A stretch of 30,866 bases of DNA from Francisellaceae bacterium (GTDB lineage: Bacteria > Pseudomonadota > Gammaproteobacteria > UBA6186 > Azoamicaceae). Under the pieces are notes generated by a model. That model made no database searches. It saw nothing but the letters and a program-made list of their open reading frames with translations, and was not told where the DNA came from. Below are positions 10,484 through 19,703 of this stretch, one piece after another (positions within the stretch are counted from its first letter, which is position 1; every line of letters starts with the position of its first letter). A program made the translations under genes and the position numbers. The stretch spans positions 1 through 30,866 of the forward strand of contig JBEICO010000001.1 in the NCBI GenBank assembly GCA_040383965.1, written 5' to 3'.

Positions 10484-10506
10484 AGATCTTCAACTCTTTT
10501 TAACTC

Positions 10507-10812
10507 TTATGCGGCTGCTTCTTTCTCTTTAGCCAGCGCCCCATTCAACGAATCTTTCAGTGCTTTTCCAGCTTTAAACCCTGCAACCATTGCTTCAGGG
10601 ATCTGGAGGGCTCCACCTGTACGGGGATCACGACCCACTCGAGCAGCTCGCTTCTTGGAAGAAAATGTGCCAAATCCAACCAATACGATTTGTTCACCCT
10701 TTGCTAACGCGCTCGTCATTTGCTCTAAAATTGCTTCTAATACAGCTGCCGTCTTGGCTTTTGGCAAGTCTGCAGCTTCAGAAACTGCATCAACTAACTG
10801 AGTCTTATTCAC
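10507..10812 (-). CDS. hupB: DNA-binding protein HU
   Basis: MNKTQLVDAV, LVGFGTF, GRDPRTG, FKAGKALKD; GTG start with AAGGGG RBS. Confidence 0.95.
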   Translation of the reverse strand: MNKTQLVDAVSEAADLPKAKTAAVLEAILEQMTSALAKGEQIVLVGFGTFSSKKRAARVGRDPRTGGALQIPEAMVAGFKAGKALKDSLNGALAKEKEAAA

Positions 10813-10891
10813 ATGTATCCCCTTAATTAACTGGATTTAAAAACAATTCATCCTGAAAAGCGCTACGCCAAACGGATCCAAAGCAGGGTGT

Positions 10892-10921
10892 TTTATACCA
10901 AGTATCTAGGCATTACGTCAA
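10892..10921 (-). promoter_or_regulatory. Candidate sigma70 promoter for hupB
   Basis: TTGACG-N18-TATAAA on the minus strand, about 80 nt upstream of hupB. Confidence 0.45.
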
Positions 10922-11129
10922 ATTTATTAATTTTGGGGGTCCCTCTTTCCCCATATATCTAGTTCAGCTACTGATTTTTTTTCCCTGAATCTCAAACAAG
11001 GTTAAGTCGTTGTTTTTCAATTTAGCATTAGGTAGGGTAATTCCTAATATTATTAATCTTCACATAGGCGTTAAATTAATAATTAGGAAATTGTAAAGCA
11101 ATCCATCAAGGTAATAAGGAGAGCACATT

Positions 11130-11342
11130 ATGAATTCACTTAAATCAGGTTCACGTTCGAAGGATTCTCGTCCTACTCTCAGTAAAGGTTTTTTTACCAT
11201 ACAAGCAGCTTTAAAAAAAGATGCCCTGTTTTTAATTGAAAAAGCCTTAAAGAAAACTGAAAAAGGCCTCAATATTTTGGAAAAAGAGATCCATAGACTT
11301 AATTCGGAAGCCAAAAAATTGGAATCAAAAACGAATGAATAA
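11130..11342 (+). CDS. Small basic orphan protein with a C-terminal coiled-coil
   Basis: 70 aa; AGGAG RBS before the ATG; followed by a BoxC-like hairpin. No family recognised. Confidence 0.6.
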   Translation: MNSLKSGSRSKDSRPTLSKGFFTIQAALKKDALFLIEKALKKTEKGLNILEKEIHRLNSEAKKLESKTNE

Positions 11343-11415
11343 GAAGAAACAAACTAATAAGTAATTGCTGGGATCTGATCCAAACCATATCATTACCCAC
11401 TCGTTAATTTCTTAA

Positions 11416-11460
11416 CCCTCACCCGCCCTACGGGCACCCTCTCCCAGAATTGGGAGAGGG
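11416..11460 (+). repeat. BoxC-like palindromic repeat, copy 2
   Basis: CCCTCACCCG-CCCTACGGG-CA-CCCTCTCCC-agaatt-GGGAGAGGG. Confidence 0.8.
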
Positions 11461-11486
11461 GTAACTACACCACTATTAAATTTCCA

Positions 11487-11556
11487 GGGTCAGATCTTTA
11501 GTGTTAATCTAATTTAATCTGTGAAGAAAATAATGCTAACACTAAAGATCTGACCC
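11487..11556. repeat. Perfect 20-bp inverted repeat with a 30-bp spacer (REP doublet or MITE-like)
   Basis: GGGTCAGATCTTTAGTGTTA (11487-11506) and TAACACTAAAGATCTGACCC (11537-11556). Confidence 0.85.
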
Positions 11557-11562
11557 CGGTAT

Positions 11563-13977
11563 CTAATGATGAATGGTAGTTCCAGGATCCTCTGGCGTAA
11601 CAGGAGGCTCTGCTCCTCCCGCGGGTAAAGTACCTACTGGAGGCTCAAGCTTCACAGTAATAAGCTCCGGTCGCCTGACTAACGCTAAATCTAAAACTTC
11701 ATCTATCCAGCGCACCGGATGGATCGCCATGCCTTGATATATTTCTTTCGGAATTTCAGCTAATTCACGTTGATTCTCATCCGGGATAATCACATCCTGA
11801 ATGCCAGCACGCCTTGCTGCTAATAATTTTTCTTTTAAACCGCCTATGGGTAATACTTGTCCCCGTAAGGTTATCTCGCCCGTCATTGCCACATCGCGTT
11901 TTACCGCAATACCCGTTAATACTGAAACCAAAGCGGTACACATGGCTATCCCAGCACTCGGTCCATCTTTAGGCGTTGCACCTTCCGGAACATGAATATG
12001 AAAATCATTTTTTTCATAGAAATCATCCGGAATACCCATCAAACGCCCACGGCTACGAACCACCGTCATCGCCGCTTGAATGGACTCCTGCATTACTTCA
12101 CCCAATTTACCTGTTCGGGTCACATTACCCTTTCCAGGAACTGTCATCGCTTCTACAGTTAAAATTTCACCGCCCACTTCTGTCCATGCAAGCCCAGTAA
12201 CCTGGCCAATTTGATCTTGCGCTTCCGCTTGACCAAAACGATAACGCCTAACGCCCAAATAATGCTCTAAAGAATTCGCTTCTATCGCATACTTATCTAC
12301 AGATTTATCAGTAAGGAGATCTTTCACCACTTTACGACAGAGTTTAGAAATTTCTCGTTCCAAACCTCGAACACCAGCTTCACGGGTGTAATATCGGATC
12401 ATATCAATGATCGCTTGATCCTGAAGCGTAAGCTCCGAAGGTTTTAACCCATTTTCCTGAATTTCTTTTGGCACTAAATATTGCTTGGCAATGTTCAATT
12501 TTTCATCTTCGGTATATCCCGATAATCGGATCACTTCCATTCTATCCAACAAAGGTAAAGGAATATTCAAAGAATTTGCAGTTGCCACAAACATTACATC
12601 CGATAAATCATAGTCCACTTCTAGGTAATGATCATTAAAAGCGTGATTTTGTTCAGGATCTAAAACCTCTAGTAATGCCGATGCAGGATCCCCCCGAAAA
12701 TCGGCGCCCATCTTGTCTATTTCATCTAACAAGAACAAAGGGTTTTTAACCTTAACTTTAGATAGCTTTTGTAAAATCTTCCCAGGCAATGCACCAATAT
12801 ACGTGCGACGATGCCCACGAATTTCTGCTTCATCTCTAACGCCACCCAAAGACATTCGAACAAATTTACGCCCTGTCGCTCTGGCTATGGATTGACCGAG
12901 TGATGTCTTTCCCACCCCTGGAGGACCCACCAAACACAGTAGCGGCCCTTTCATTTTTTGTACCCGAAGTTGTACCGCGAGATATTCTAAAATCCGCTCT
13001 TTAACTTTCTCAAGACCATAGTGATCTTTATTTAAAATAGCCTCTGCCCGTCCTAGATCCCCGCGAATTTTAGTGCGATGTTTCCAAGGCACCGCCAACA
13101 TCCAATCAATATAATTTCTGGAAACAGTTGCTTCTGCCGCAAGTGGCGACATCATTTTTAATTTATTAACTTCGGCTACTGCTTTTTCTTTAGGATCTTT
13201 AGGCATGCCCGACGCTGCAATTTTATCTAATAATTCTTTAATTTCTGATTTTCCAGCGCTGTCTTCGTTTAATTCACCCAATTCTTTTTGGATCGCTTTG
13301 ATTTTTTCATTTAAATAATATTCACGTTGATTCTTTTCAATTTGACGTTTCACAGTTCCGCTGATTTTTTTCTCCATATTCATTAGCTCAACTTCAGATT
13401 CTATCATCTGCATGAGCATCAGGATCCGTTTTTTAAATTCTAAGATTTCTAAAATTTTCTGTTTATCCGCAATCTTAAACGACATATGAGCCGCAATGGT
13501 ATCCACAAGTCTTACTGGATTATCAATTCCCGTTAAAGACATAACCACTTCGGAAGAAAATTTATTACTGATTTTTACATATTGATCAAACAGAGTTAAC
13601 AAAGAGCGTATCAATGCTTGGATCTCTGGATCTTCAGTTCCTTCTGTGGTCACCAATTCAACATTCGCCAAAAAGAAAGGCTCTGATTGAATAAAGTTAA
13701 TCAGCCGTCCACGCTCAACCCCTTCGACCAATACTTTGATAGTGCCATCGGGAAGTTTTAAGAGTTGTAAAAGATTTGCCACAGTACCAATTTCATAAAG
13801 TCCCGCTTCAAGAGGGGTATCTTCGGTGGCTTCTTTTTGAGCGGTTAGGAGAATTTGGCGGTTTTCAGCAATGGCATGCTCTAGGGCTTTAATCGACTTT
13901 TCTCTTCCCACAAAAAGTGGGATCACCATATGCGGATAGACAACCACATCTCTTAACGGTAATACAGCAATATCCAT
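11563..13977 (-). CDS. lon: ATP-dependent Lon protease
   Basis: [10 protein letters not shown], Walker [25 protein letters not shown] (catalytic Ser), IGGLKEK (catalytic Lys). Confidence 0.99.
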   Translation of the reverse strand: MDIAVLPLRDVVVYPHMVIPLFVGREKSIKALEHAIAENRQILLTAQKEATEDTPLEAGLYEIGTVANLLQLLKLPDGTIKVLVEGVERGRLINFIQSEPFFLANVELVTTEGTEDPEIQALIRSLLTLFDQYVKISNKFSSEVVMSLTGIDNPVRLVDTIAAHMSFKIADKQKILEILEFKKRILMLMQMIESEVELMNMEKKISGTVKRQIEKNQREYYLNEKIKAIQKELGELNEDSAGKSEIKELLDKIAASGMPKDPKEKAVAEVNKLKMMSPLAAEATVSRNYIDWMLAVPWKHRTKIRGDLGRAEAILNKDHYGLEKVKERILEYLAVQLRVQKMKGPLLCLVGPPGVGKTSLGQSIARATGRKFVRMSLGGVRDEAEIRGHRRTYIGALPGKILQKLSKVKVKNPLFLLDEIDKMGADFRGDPASALLEVLDPEQNHAFNDHYLEVDYDLSDVMFVATANSLNIPLPLLDRMEVIRLSGYTEDEKLNIAKQYLVPKEIQENGLKPSELTLQDQAIIDMIRYYTREAGVRGLEREISKLCRKVVKDLLTDKSVDKYAIEANSLEHYLGVRRYRFGQAEAQDQIGQVTGLAWTEVGGEILTVEAMTVPGKGNVTRTGKLGEVMQESIQAAMTVVRSRGRLMGIPDDFYEKNDFHIHVPEGATPKDGPSAGIAMCTALVSVLTGIAVKRDVAMTGEITLRGQVLPIGGLKEKLLAARRAGIQDVIIPDENQRELAEIPKEIYQGMAIHPVRWIDEVLDLALVRRPELITVKLEPPVGTLPAGGAEPPVTPEDPGTTIHH

Positions 13978-13987
13978 GGATCACCTA

Positions 13988-15271
13988 TTAATCATTCGCG
14001 TGTCGAACCGATTTATCCGTGTTTTCAAAAATCAACAACGGCTCAGAACTGCCCTCTACCACAGACTCATCAATGACAACTTTTGATACATCTTCAAGCG
14101 AGGGTAAATCATACATTGTGTTCAATAAGACCTGCTCTAATATAGAACGCAAGCCTCTTGCGCCTGTTTTCCTTTCCATGGCTTTTTCAGCAACCTTCTT
14201 CAATGCCCCTTCTCTGAATTCAATTTCGATCCCTTCCATCTCGAATAAGCGACGATATTGTTTGGTTAATGCATTTTTAGGTTCCGTTAAAATACTCACC
14301 AAGGCTTTTTCATCCAATTCTTCTAGGGTTGCCACAATCGGTAAACGCCCAACAAATTCGGGGATTAGTCCGTACTTGATCAGATCTTCTGGTTCTACCA
14401 ATCGAATACTCTCACTTAAAGTTTTCTTATCATCTTTACTAGAGATTTCTGCAGAAAACCCAATTCCCCCTTTCTCAGATCGTTGACGAATAATCTTTTC
14501 TAAACCCGAAAAAGCACCGCCACAGATAAATAAAATTCCTGAAGTATCTACTTGTAAAAATTCCTGTTGAGGATGTTTGCGACCCCCTTGCGGCGGAACT
14601 GCAGCAATGGTGCCCTCTATCAATTTCAATAATGCTTGTTGCACCCCTTCACCGGAAACATCCCGAGTAATCGAGGGATTCTCTGATTTACGAGAGATTT
14701 TATCAATCTCATCAATATAGACAATTCCAGTCTGTGCCTTTTCAACATCGTATTCACATTTTTGCAGCAGTTTCTGAATAATGTTCTCAACATCTTCTCC
14801 AACATAACCTGCTTCGGTTAATGTTGTCGCATCTGCAATGGTGAAAGGAACATCTAATAACCGTGCAAGCGTTTCTGCAAGCAAAGTTTTACCGCTTCCT
14901 GTTGGACCAATTAATAAAATATTACTTTTGCCAAGTTCAACATCGTCTTCTTTTATTTTCAATCCAGATTGTAATCGCTTATAGTGATTGTAAACAGCAA
15001 CAGAAAGCACTTTCTTTGCATGATCTTGTCCTATCACATATTGATCGAGGATCCGATTAATCTCCTTAGGCTTGGGAAGTTTTGCAGAAACCTTAGGGCC
15101 TTGTTTCTCTTCGATCTCTTCACGAATGATGTCGTTACATAATTCAACGCATTCATCACAAATAAAAACAGATGGTCCAGCAATAAGTTTTCTAACTTCA
15201 TTTTGGCTCTTGCCGCAAAATGAGCAATACAATAATTTTCCATCACTGCGGCCACTTTGTTTATCACTCAT
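13988..15271 (-). CDS. clpX: ClpXP protease ATPase subunit
   Basis: CSFCGK zinc-binding domain, [11 protein letters not shown] loop, RKTGARGLR. Confidence 0.99.
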   Translation of the reverse strand: MSDKQSGRSDGKLLYCSFCGKSQNEVRKLIAGPSVFICDECVELCNDIIREEIEEKQGPKVSAKLPKPKEINRILDQYVIGQDHAKKVLSVAVYNHYKRLQSGLKIKEDDVELGKSNILLIGPTGSGKTLLAETLARLLDVPFTIADATTLTEAGYVGEDVENIIQKLLQKCEYDVEKAQTGIVYIDEIDKISRKSENPSITRDVSGEGVQQALLKLIEGTIAAVPPQGGRKHPQQEFLQVDTSGILFICGGAFSGLEKIIRQRSEKGGIGFSAEISSKDDKKTLSESIRLVEPEDLIKYGLIPEFVGRLPIVATLEELDEKALVSILTEPKNALTKQYRRLFEMEGIEIEFREGALKKVAEKAMERKTGARGLRSILEQVLLNTMYDLPSLEDVSKVVIDESVVEGSSEPLLIFENTDKSVRHAND

Positions 15272-15328
15272 GAATCACCTCTTACCTCATTATCCAAACA
15301 GCGCTGTTTTTAAAACAAGCCTATTGAA

Positions 15329-15928
15329 TCATCTTTCTACAAGGACGCTATCTACCAATCCATATTCACAGGCCGCCTCAGCACCCATAAAATTGTCTCT
15401 ATCCGTGTCCTTTTCAATCCGTTCAAGGGTTTGACCCGTATGTTTGGCTAATATTTCATTAATTCGATGCCGAAGCTTTAAAATTTCTTTGGTGTGGATC
15501 TCAATATCCGAAGCTTGTCCCTGAAATCCGCCTAAAGGTTGGTGAATCATCACACGAGAGTTGGGAAGACATCTTCGTTTGCCTTTCGCTCCACCCGCTA
15601 ATAAAAAAGCTCCCATACTGCAGGCCTGGCCAATACATAAGGTGCTAACATCTGGTTTAATAAATTGCATGGTGTCATAAATAGCCATTCCCGCACTCAC
15701 AACGCCACCAGGAGAATTTATATATAAATAAATATCTTTATCCGGATTTTCAGATTCCAAAAACAACATTTGTGCTATCACTAAGTTTGCCATGTAATCT
15801 TCTACAGGGCCCACTAAAAAAATAACCCGTTCTTTTAATAATCGAGAATAAATATCATAAGCCCGCTCACCTCTTGCAGATTGTTCCACCACAATCGGAA
15901 CCAACCCTAGGGCCTTTATTTCTGCCAT
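15329..15928 (-). CDS. clpP: Clp protease proteolytic subunit
   Basis: YINSPGG, GQACSMG (catalytic Ser), MIHQP, DTDRD. Confidence 0.99.
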   Translation of the reverse strand: MAEIKALGLVPIVVEQSARGERAYDIYSRLLKERVIFLVGPVEDYMANLVIAQMLFLESENPDKDIYLYINSPGGVVSAGMAIYDTMQFIKPDVSTLCIGQACSMGAFLLAGGAKGKRRCLPNSRVMIHQPLGGFQGQASDIEIHTKEILKLRHRINEILAKHTGQTLERIEKDTDRDNFMGAEAACEYGLVDSVLVER

Positions 15929-15950
15929 GAATAACTCCTCCTTAATTTTT

Positions 15951-17258
15951 CTACTGACGCAAACCTTCTTGCTTAAAGAGCGCTTCCACGGAAATTGATT
16001 TCAATACTACCGAAGCCTTAACCAGAATCAAATCAATTGCTTGTTCGACTAACACAGAATTCCGGATCCCAGAAAGCAACTCCTCAGATTCATAATACAT
16101 GCTTTCAATGAAATCTGCGTTGCCGAAGGACCGTGCAATTTCAGAAATGCGATTTTTGATCCGACCTTCGTCGGGTATTAAATTTTCTAACTTAACTATC
16201 TTACGCAAAATAAGACTTAAGGCTACCCGCCGTCTTGCCTCATCTTCTAACCCATGGTGCTGACAAGTATCGTGAGCTTTGTCACCCATCTTTCGATGTA
16301 AGTCTTGATGCATCAAAGAAACTTCATGTTCGACCAACGCTTTAGGCAAAAGAATTTCGTTTAAAGCTAACAAGACATCGAGCGCTTGTTTTTTCACCCC
16401 TTCTTGAACCAAATGTTGAATTTGTTTTTCTAAGTTTTCACGAACTTTCTGACGAATGGCTAAAGAATCAGTACCTTCTGCACCAATCTTACTTGCAAAA
16501 GTTTCATCTAAAGGCGCTAATATTTGCTCAGTCACTTCCTTCACAATAATGGTAAAATGCACTGGTTTTCCAGCTAATTTCTCGATCCGCCAATCCTGTG
16601 GGAAGTGCAAGTCTAACTCCCGAGTTTCTCCCGCTACAGCTCCAATTAACCCTTCTTCAAATCCATCAATGAAAACATGCGTGCCTAATTCTACAGCAAT
16701 ATCTTGACTACTATTATTCTCATAGGGTTTACCATTTAATAAACTTGTATAATCAATCTTAAGTTGATCCCCTTTTTTAGCAGGACGATCTACTACATGC
16801 CAAGTTCCTAATTGGTGTTGTAATTTTTTCAATGCCGTATCAACATCCGCTTCCGTTAATTTGACTTCATATTTTTCAACTTGAATACTAGAATAATCTG
16901 GTAAGTTAACTTCTGGGAATACTTCAAAACTCACCACATAGCTTAAGTCTTTTCCTTCTTCATTCACATTCGATACTTGTTCTATTTCTGGTCGGCCTGC
17001 CGGTTCCAAAGCTTCTTGCTCTAAAATAGTAGGTAAGCTGGTTTCAATAATTTTGCTAATCGCCTCATGGCGAATTTGCGCACCAAATTTTTGTTGAATA
17101 AGATTTTTAGGTGCTTTCCCAGGCCTAAAGCCATCAATACGTTTATGGCGTAATACTTCATTCATACGTTCTTCTACTTCCGTACGAACTTCAGCAGCAG
17201 GAATACTAACGGTTAAACGCCGCCCAATAGGACTGGTACTTTCAACAGACACATGCAT
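15951..17258 (-). CDS. tig: Trigger factor
   Basis: GFRPGKAP ribosome-binding motif, FKBP domain ([11 protein letters not shown]); located upstream of clpP. Confidence 0.96.
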   Translation of the reverse strand: MHVSVESTSPIGRRLTVSIPAAEVRTEVEERMNEVLRHKRIDGFRPGKAPKNLIQQKFGAQIRHEAISKIIETSLPTILEQEALEPAGRPEIEQVSNVNEEGKDLSYVVSFEVFPEVNLPDYSSIQVEKYEVKLTEADVDTALKKLQHQLGTWHVVDRPAKKGDQLKIDYTSLLNGKPYENNSSQDIAVELGTHVFIDGFEEGLIGAVAGETRELDLHFPQDWRIEKLAGKPVHFTIIVKEVTEQILAPLDETFASKIGAEGTDSLAIRQKVRENLEKQIQHLVQEGVKKQALDVLLALNEILLPKALVEHEVSLMHQDLHRKMGDKAHDTCQHHGLEDEARRRVALSLILRKIVKLENLIPDEGRIKNRISEIARSFGNADFIESMYYESEELLSGIRNSVLVEQAIDLILVKASVVLKSISVEALFKQEGLRQ

Positions 17259-17303
17259 AAATAACCCTCTCTAAGCCTTTAAACTTGGGGAAAACTCTAC
17301 TTT

Positions 17304-17388
<85 letters not shown>

Positions 17389-17402
17389 TTCTGGTAATGG
17401 AC

Positions 17403-17478
<76 letters not shown>

Positions 17479-17493
17479 TTATGTTGTGGAAAA

Positions 17494-17523
17494 ATCGTAC
17501 ACTATTTTAAGGCTTAAACGCAA
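17494..17523 (-). promoter_or_regulatory. Candidate promoter for tRNA-Lys/tRNA-Leu/tig
   Basis: TTGCGT-N18-TACGAT, ending 15 nt before the tRNA-Lys 5' end. Confidence 0.4.
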
Positions 17524-17622
17524 GTTAAAGGGGAAAATGCCCGGAATCGCGTCACATTTTGGCATGTGACACGATTAAATTAAGATGGTTTATTAACTTT
17601 TTTCGAGTTAATCACCAGAAGA

Positions 17623-18276
17623 TTAAGGTTGCTGGTCAGCAGCTTCCTGCGCTTCGCGGGCTATCCTAGCCTGGCTTCTTTCTAAACTACGAGCTTCAGA
17701 TTCTTTTAATTTTAATTGCGCTGCTTCTTCCTGCATGTCTATCGCACGCTGCCTTGATTGTTGCAATGCTTGTTGCTGATCTAATTCAGCTTGGCGTGAT
17801 TGCTCTTGGCGAACTTGCTCTGCTCGATTTTGTGCTTCGATACTTCTATATTCTTCAGCCTGTAAACGCTCCGCTAAAGCTCGATCTGATCGAATTTGTT
17901 CTTGTAATTTTGCTTCGTTTTCTATTTTTCGTCTTTGTTCCGCATGAACGCTATCTTGTTGCATTTGGTACTGCCTTGCTTCTTCACGCCGTCTGTACTG
18001 AAGATCCGATTCAACACGATTTCGATCGGCAATTGCTCTATCCCTATCCAATATGGCTCGTTGTTTATCCCATACTGCTTGGTTACGAGCTTGTTCTGCA
18101 TGGTTTCTTTCCCACTGCGCTCTATTTCGATCTTGTTCTGCCCTATCTCTTTCTAAACGTGCAGTATCACGCCGCATCTCTTCAGGCGTTCTAGGTTCTT
18201 GGAGTTCTGGAAAACACCCCGTTAAACTAATGGATATTAATGCAATTGTTAAGGATTTCAGTAAAAATTGCTGCAT
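17623..18276 (-). CDS. Orphan lipoprotein with a long charged helix and an MIU-like motif
   Basis: Lipobox LTG|C21 after a hydrophobic signal peptide; E/R/Q/A-rich heptad-like repeats; QIRSDRALAERLQAEE at residues 127-142. Confidence 0.85.
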   Translation of the reverse strand: MQQFLLKSLTIALISISLTGCFPELQEPRTPEEMRRDTARLERDRAEQDRNRAQWERNHAEQARNQAVWDKQRAILDRDRAIADRNRVESDLQYRRREEARQYQMQQDSVHAEQRRKIENEAKLQEQIRSDRALAERLQAEEYRSIEAQNRAEQVRQEQSRQAELDQQQALQQSRQRAIDMQEEAAQLKLKESEARSLERSQARIAREAQEAADQQP

Positions 18277-18329
18277 TGTAGTTGCCCTATGATTAGTGAA
18301 AAAAAGTTAAAAAGCTAATTCTTGTTGCG

Positions 18330-18357
18330 ATTTTACTAACACCCTAGATTAAGTCAA
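18330..18357 (-). promoter_or_regulatory. Candidate promoter for the lipoprotein gene
   Basis: TTGACT-N16-TAAAAT, about 55 nt upstream of the ATG. Confidence 0.45.
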
Positions 18358-18395
18358 CTACAAATCTGTCTGGTGTCAGATTATTTCATAAAAGA

Positions 18396-18443
18396 TGGGG
18401 TGAACGACGGGGCTTGAACCCGCGACAACCGGAATCACAATCC
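18396..18443 (-). repeat. att site: displaced 3' portion of tRNA-His
   Basis: 48 bp, 47/48 identical to 22225-22272 (T at 18415 vs C at 22244); spans the anticodon loop through CCA. Confidence 0.95.
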
Positions 18444-18621
18444 AATCGGTCAATCTTAGTACATTGATTTTATTACATTTTTTGCTGCGGACTACCACTA
18501 CAAATGGCGTACAATACCTAACGATGTCATACCCAAATACGCAGATCTCACGCATGCTTTTTATCCATTTTTACTCGATTCCGCAGTTTTTTGTAGTTGA
18601 CGCGGCGTAAAATTTATGAGT

Positions 18622-19133
18622 TCAAGCTGCTTTTTTATATTTAAGAGAAGGACTTGCTTCCATTCTACCCAGATCACGGCCAACCATGTGCTTTTTTGAC
18701 TGATGCAGGGGCAGTACTTTCTTTATTGCTTGCTTGAATGCTTCAAGTGACTCTTTGGGAGCAACAGAATCGACAATATCAATAACAGTATTAAGCAACG
18801 CCTCTCCTTTGACATGTTGAATCAGACAACCAGTGGATACTCCAGGTTGTTTGTTTTTAAACCGGACCGATTGTTGCGGGTGGAGAAGTAAGGCGTGTTC
18901 GCACAATAGGCTCAGTGTCATGCCTCGCATAGCACTATCAAAACCTTGTTGTTTGCTCAGCTTATTCCAACCACCGTGCGCTTTCCAGTCCTGGATAAAA
19001 ACCTCGACTAACCATCTCAAAGTGTAAGTCCGCGCGATGTCCATATGTTGCCAGGATAAATCTGTAGCAACTATAAATCGGTATTCTGTTTCGCCGTCAT
19101 ATTTTAAGGCAACAACAAAACGTTTTTTTGCAT
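18622..19133 (-). pseudogene. 5'-truncated IS4-superfamily (IS701-like) DDE transposase
   Basis: YREK signature YTLRWLVEVFIQDWK; KKRFVVALKY..YRFIVATDLSW. The N-terminal part is absent and replaced by an IS21-type end at 19134. Confidence 0.8.
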
Positions 19134-19250
19134 TGTTAATCGTCATCAGTATCAGGCCATTCCATGATCAGGTTAATCCACCCCTCAGATCAGCACTCTA
19201 ATCAGACCATCTGATCGGCACCTTAATCAGGCCACTTCATCGTCACCCTA
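19134..19250. mobile_element. IS21-family-type terminus with five tandem 25-bp degenerate repeats
   Basis: Begins TGTTAATCGTCA. Units start at 19139, 19164, 19189, 19214 and 19239 (the last partial); consensus ATCGTCAC..TAATCAGGCCA. Confidence 0.65.
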
Positions 19251-19258
19251 ACCCCTAG

Positions 19259-19496
19259 GCTTTATGGTATACCTTGATCCTTTCGGCGATCATGAATGGC
19301 TTAAATCCTAGAGTTTACATACATTATTTGTTAACAAAAATTCATGATATTAGGACGAAAGCTGTAGATCCAGCAACCTTATTACCTCATACAATTGATC
19401 TAATTAAATTGCGAGCTTTTGCTGATGAACAGGTGGCGCTTGCAAAAGCAGTGTTGGATAGTTCTTAATCTAAAGGTGGTATTTTCTAGGGGATAC
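19259..19496 (+). pseudogene. IS66 TnpC C-terminal remnant plus right end
   Basis: ALWYTLILSAIMNGLNPRVYIHYLLTKI..TLLP matches the IS66 C-terminal pattern. The element ends ...GGGGATAC at 19496, an IS66-like terminus. Confidence 0.75.
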
Positions 19497-19703
19497 AAAG
19501 TGTCCACGTTTTTCCGGAGCTTTGAAATACATCCCTGCATTTCAAGCGCAGCCGAAAAGACGCGACAACTATTCTTGCGTCGGACGTCCTCGTCGCCAAG
19601 GCTCACTAACTAGGTAAATGCGCGTGGCTCTCAAATGACTTTACGCCGTATCGTGTATTTTTCACGCGCGCTTCGCGGACTCGTTTCGCAAAAAATACTA
19701 CTG

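Noticed and set aside
10311-10493. 60-aa ORF
   Set aside because: Read-through of the tRNA-Val and tRNA-Asp genes.
10507-10540. Short C-terminal extension on HU (GALAKEKEAAA)
   Set aside because: Short tails on HU are common and this one is not a long Lys-rich histone-like tail.
10809-10814. ATG-TGA start-stop overlapping the hupB GTG start
   Set aside because: Easily arises by chance before GTG-AAT; RBS spacing favours the GTG.
11060-11314. 84-aa minus-strand ORF
   Set aside because: Antisense to 11130-11342, which has the better RBS and a downstream hairpin.
14019-14486. 155-aa + strand ORF and similar short antisense ORFs inside xseA, porin, pot genes, ppiD, lon, tig, folD, cysS, gltX, ppiB and the PAP2 gene
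   Set aside because: Fully nested in well-supported genes, with no RBS or recognisable motifs.
17754-18194. 146-aa hydrophobic ORF (and 17935-18156, 18053-18292)
   Set aside because: Shadow frames of the low-complexity lipoprotein gene; the composition is explained by its E/Q/R codons.
19139-19250. Possible CRISPR or mini-array
   Set aside because: Units are contiguous and degenerate with no unique spacers, and no cas genes are present.
19497-19530. GTGTCCACGTTTTTCCGG as an IS3-type end
   Set aside because: Lacks the terminal CA at the expected distance and has no adjacent transposase fragment.
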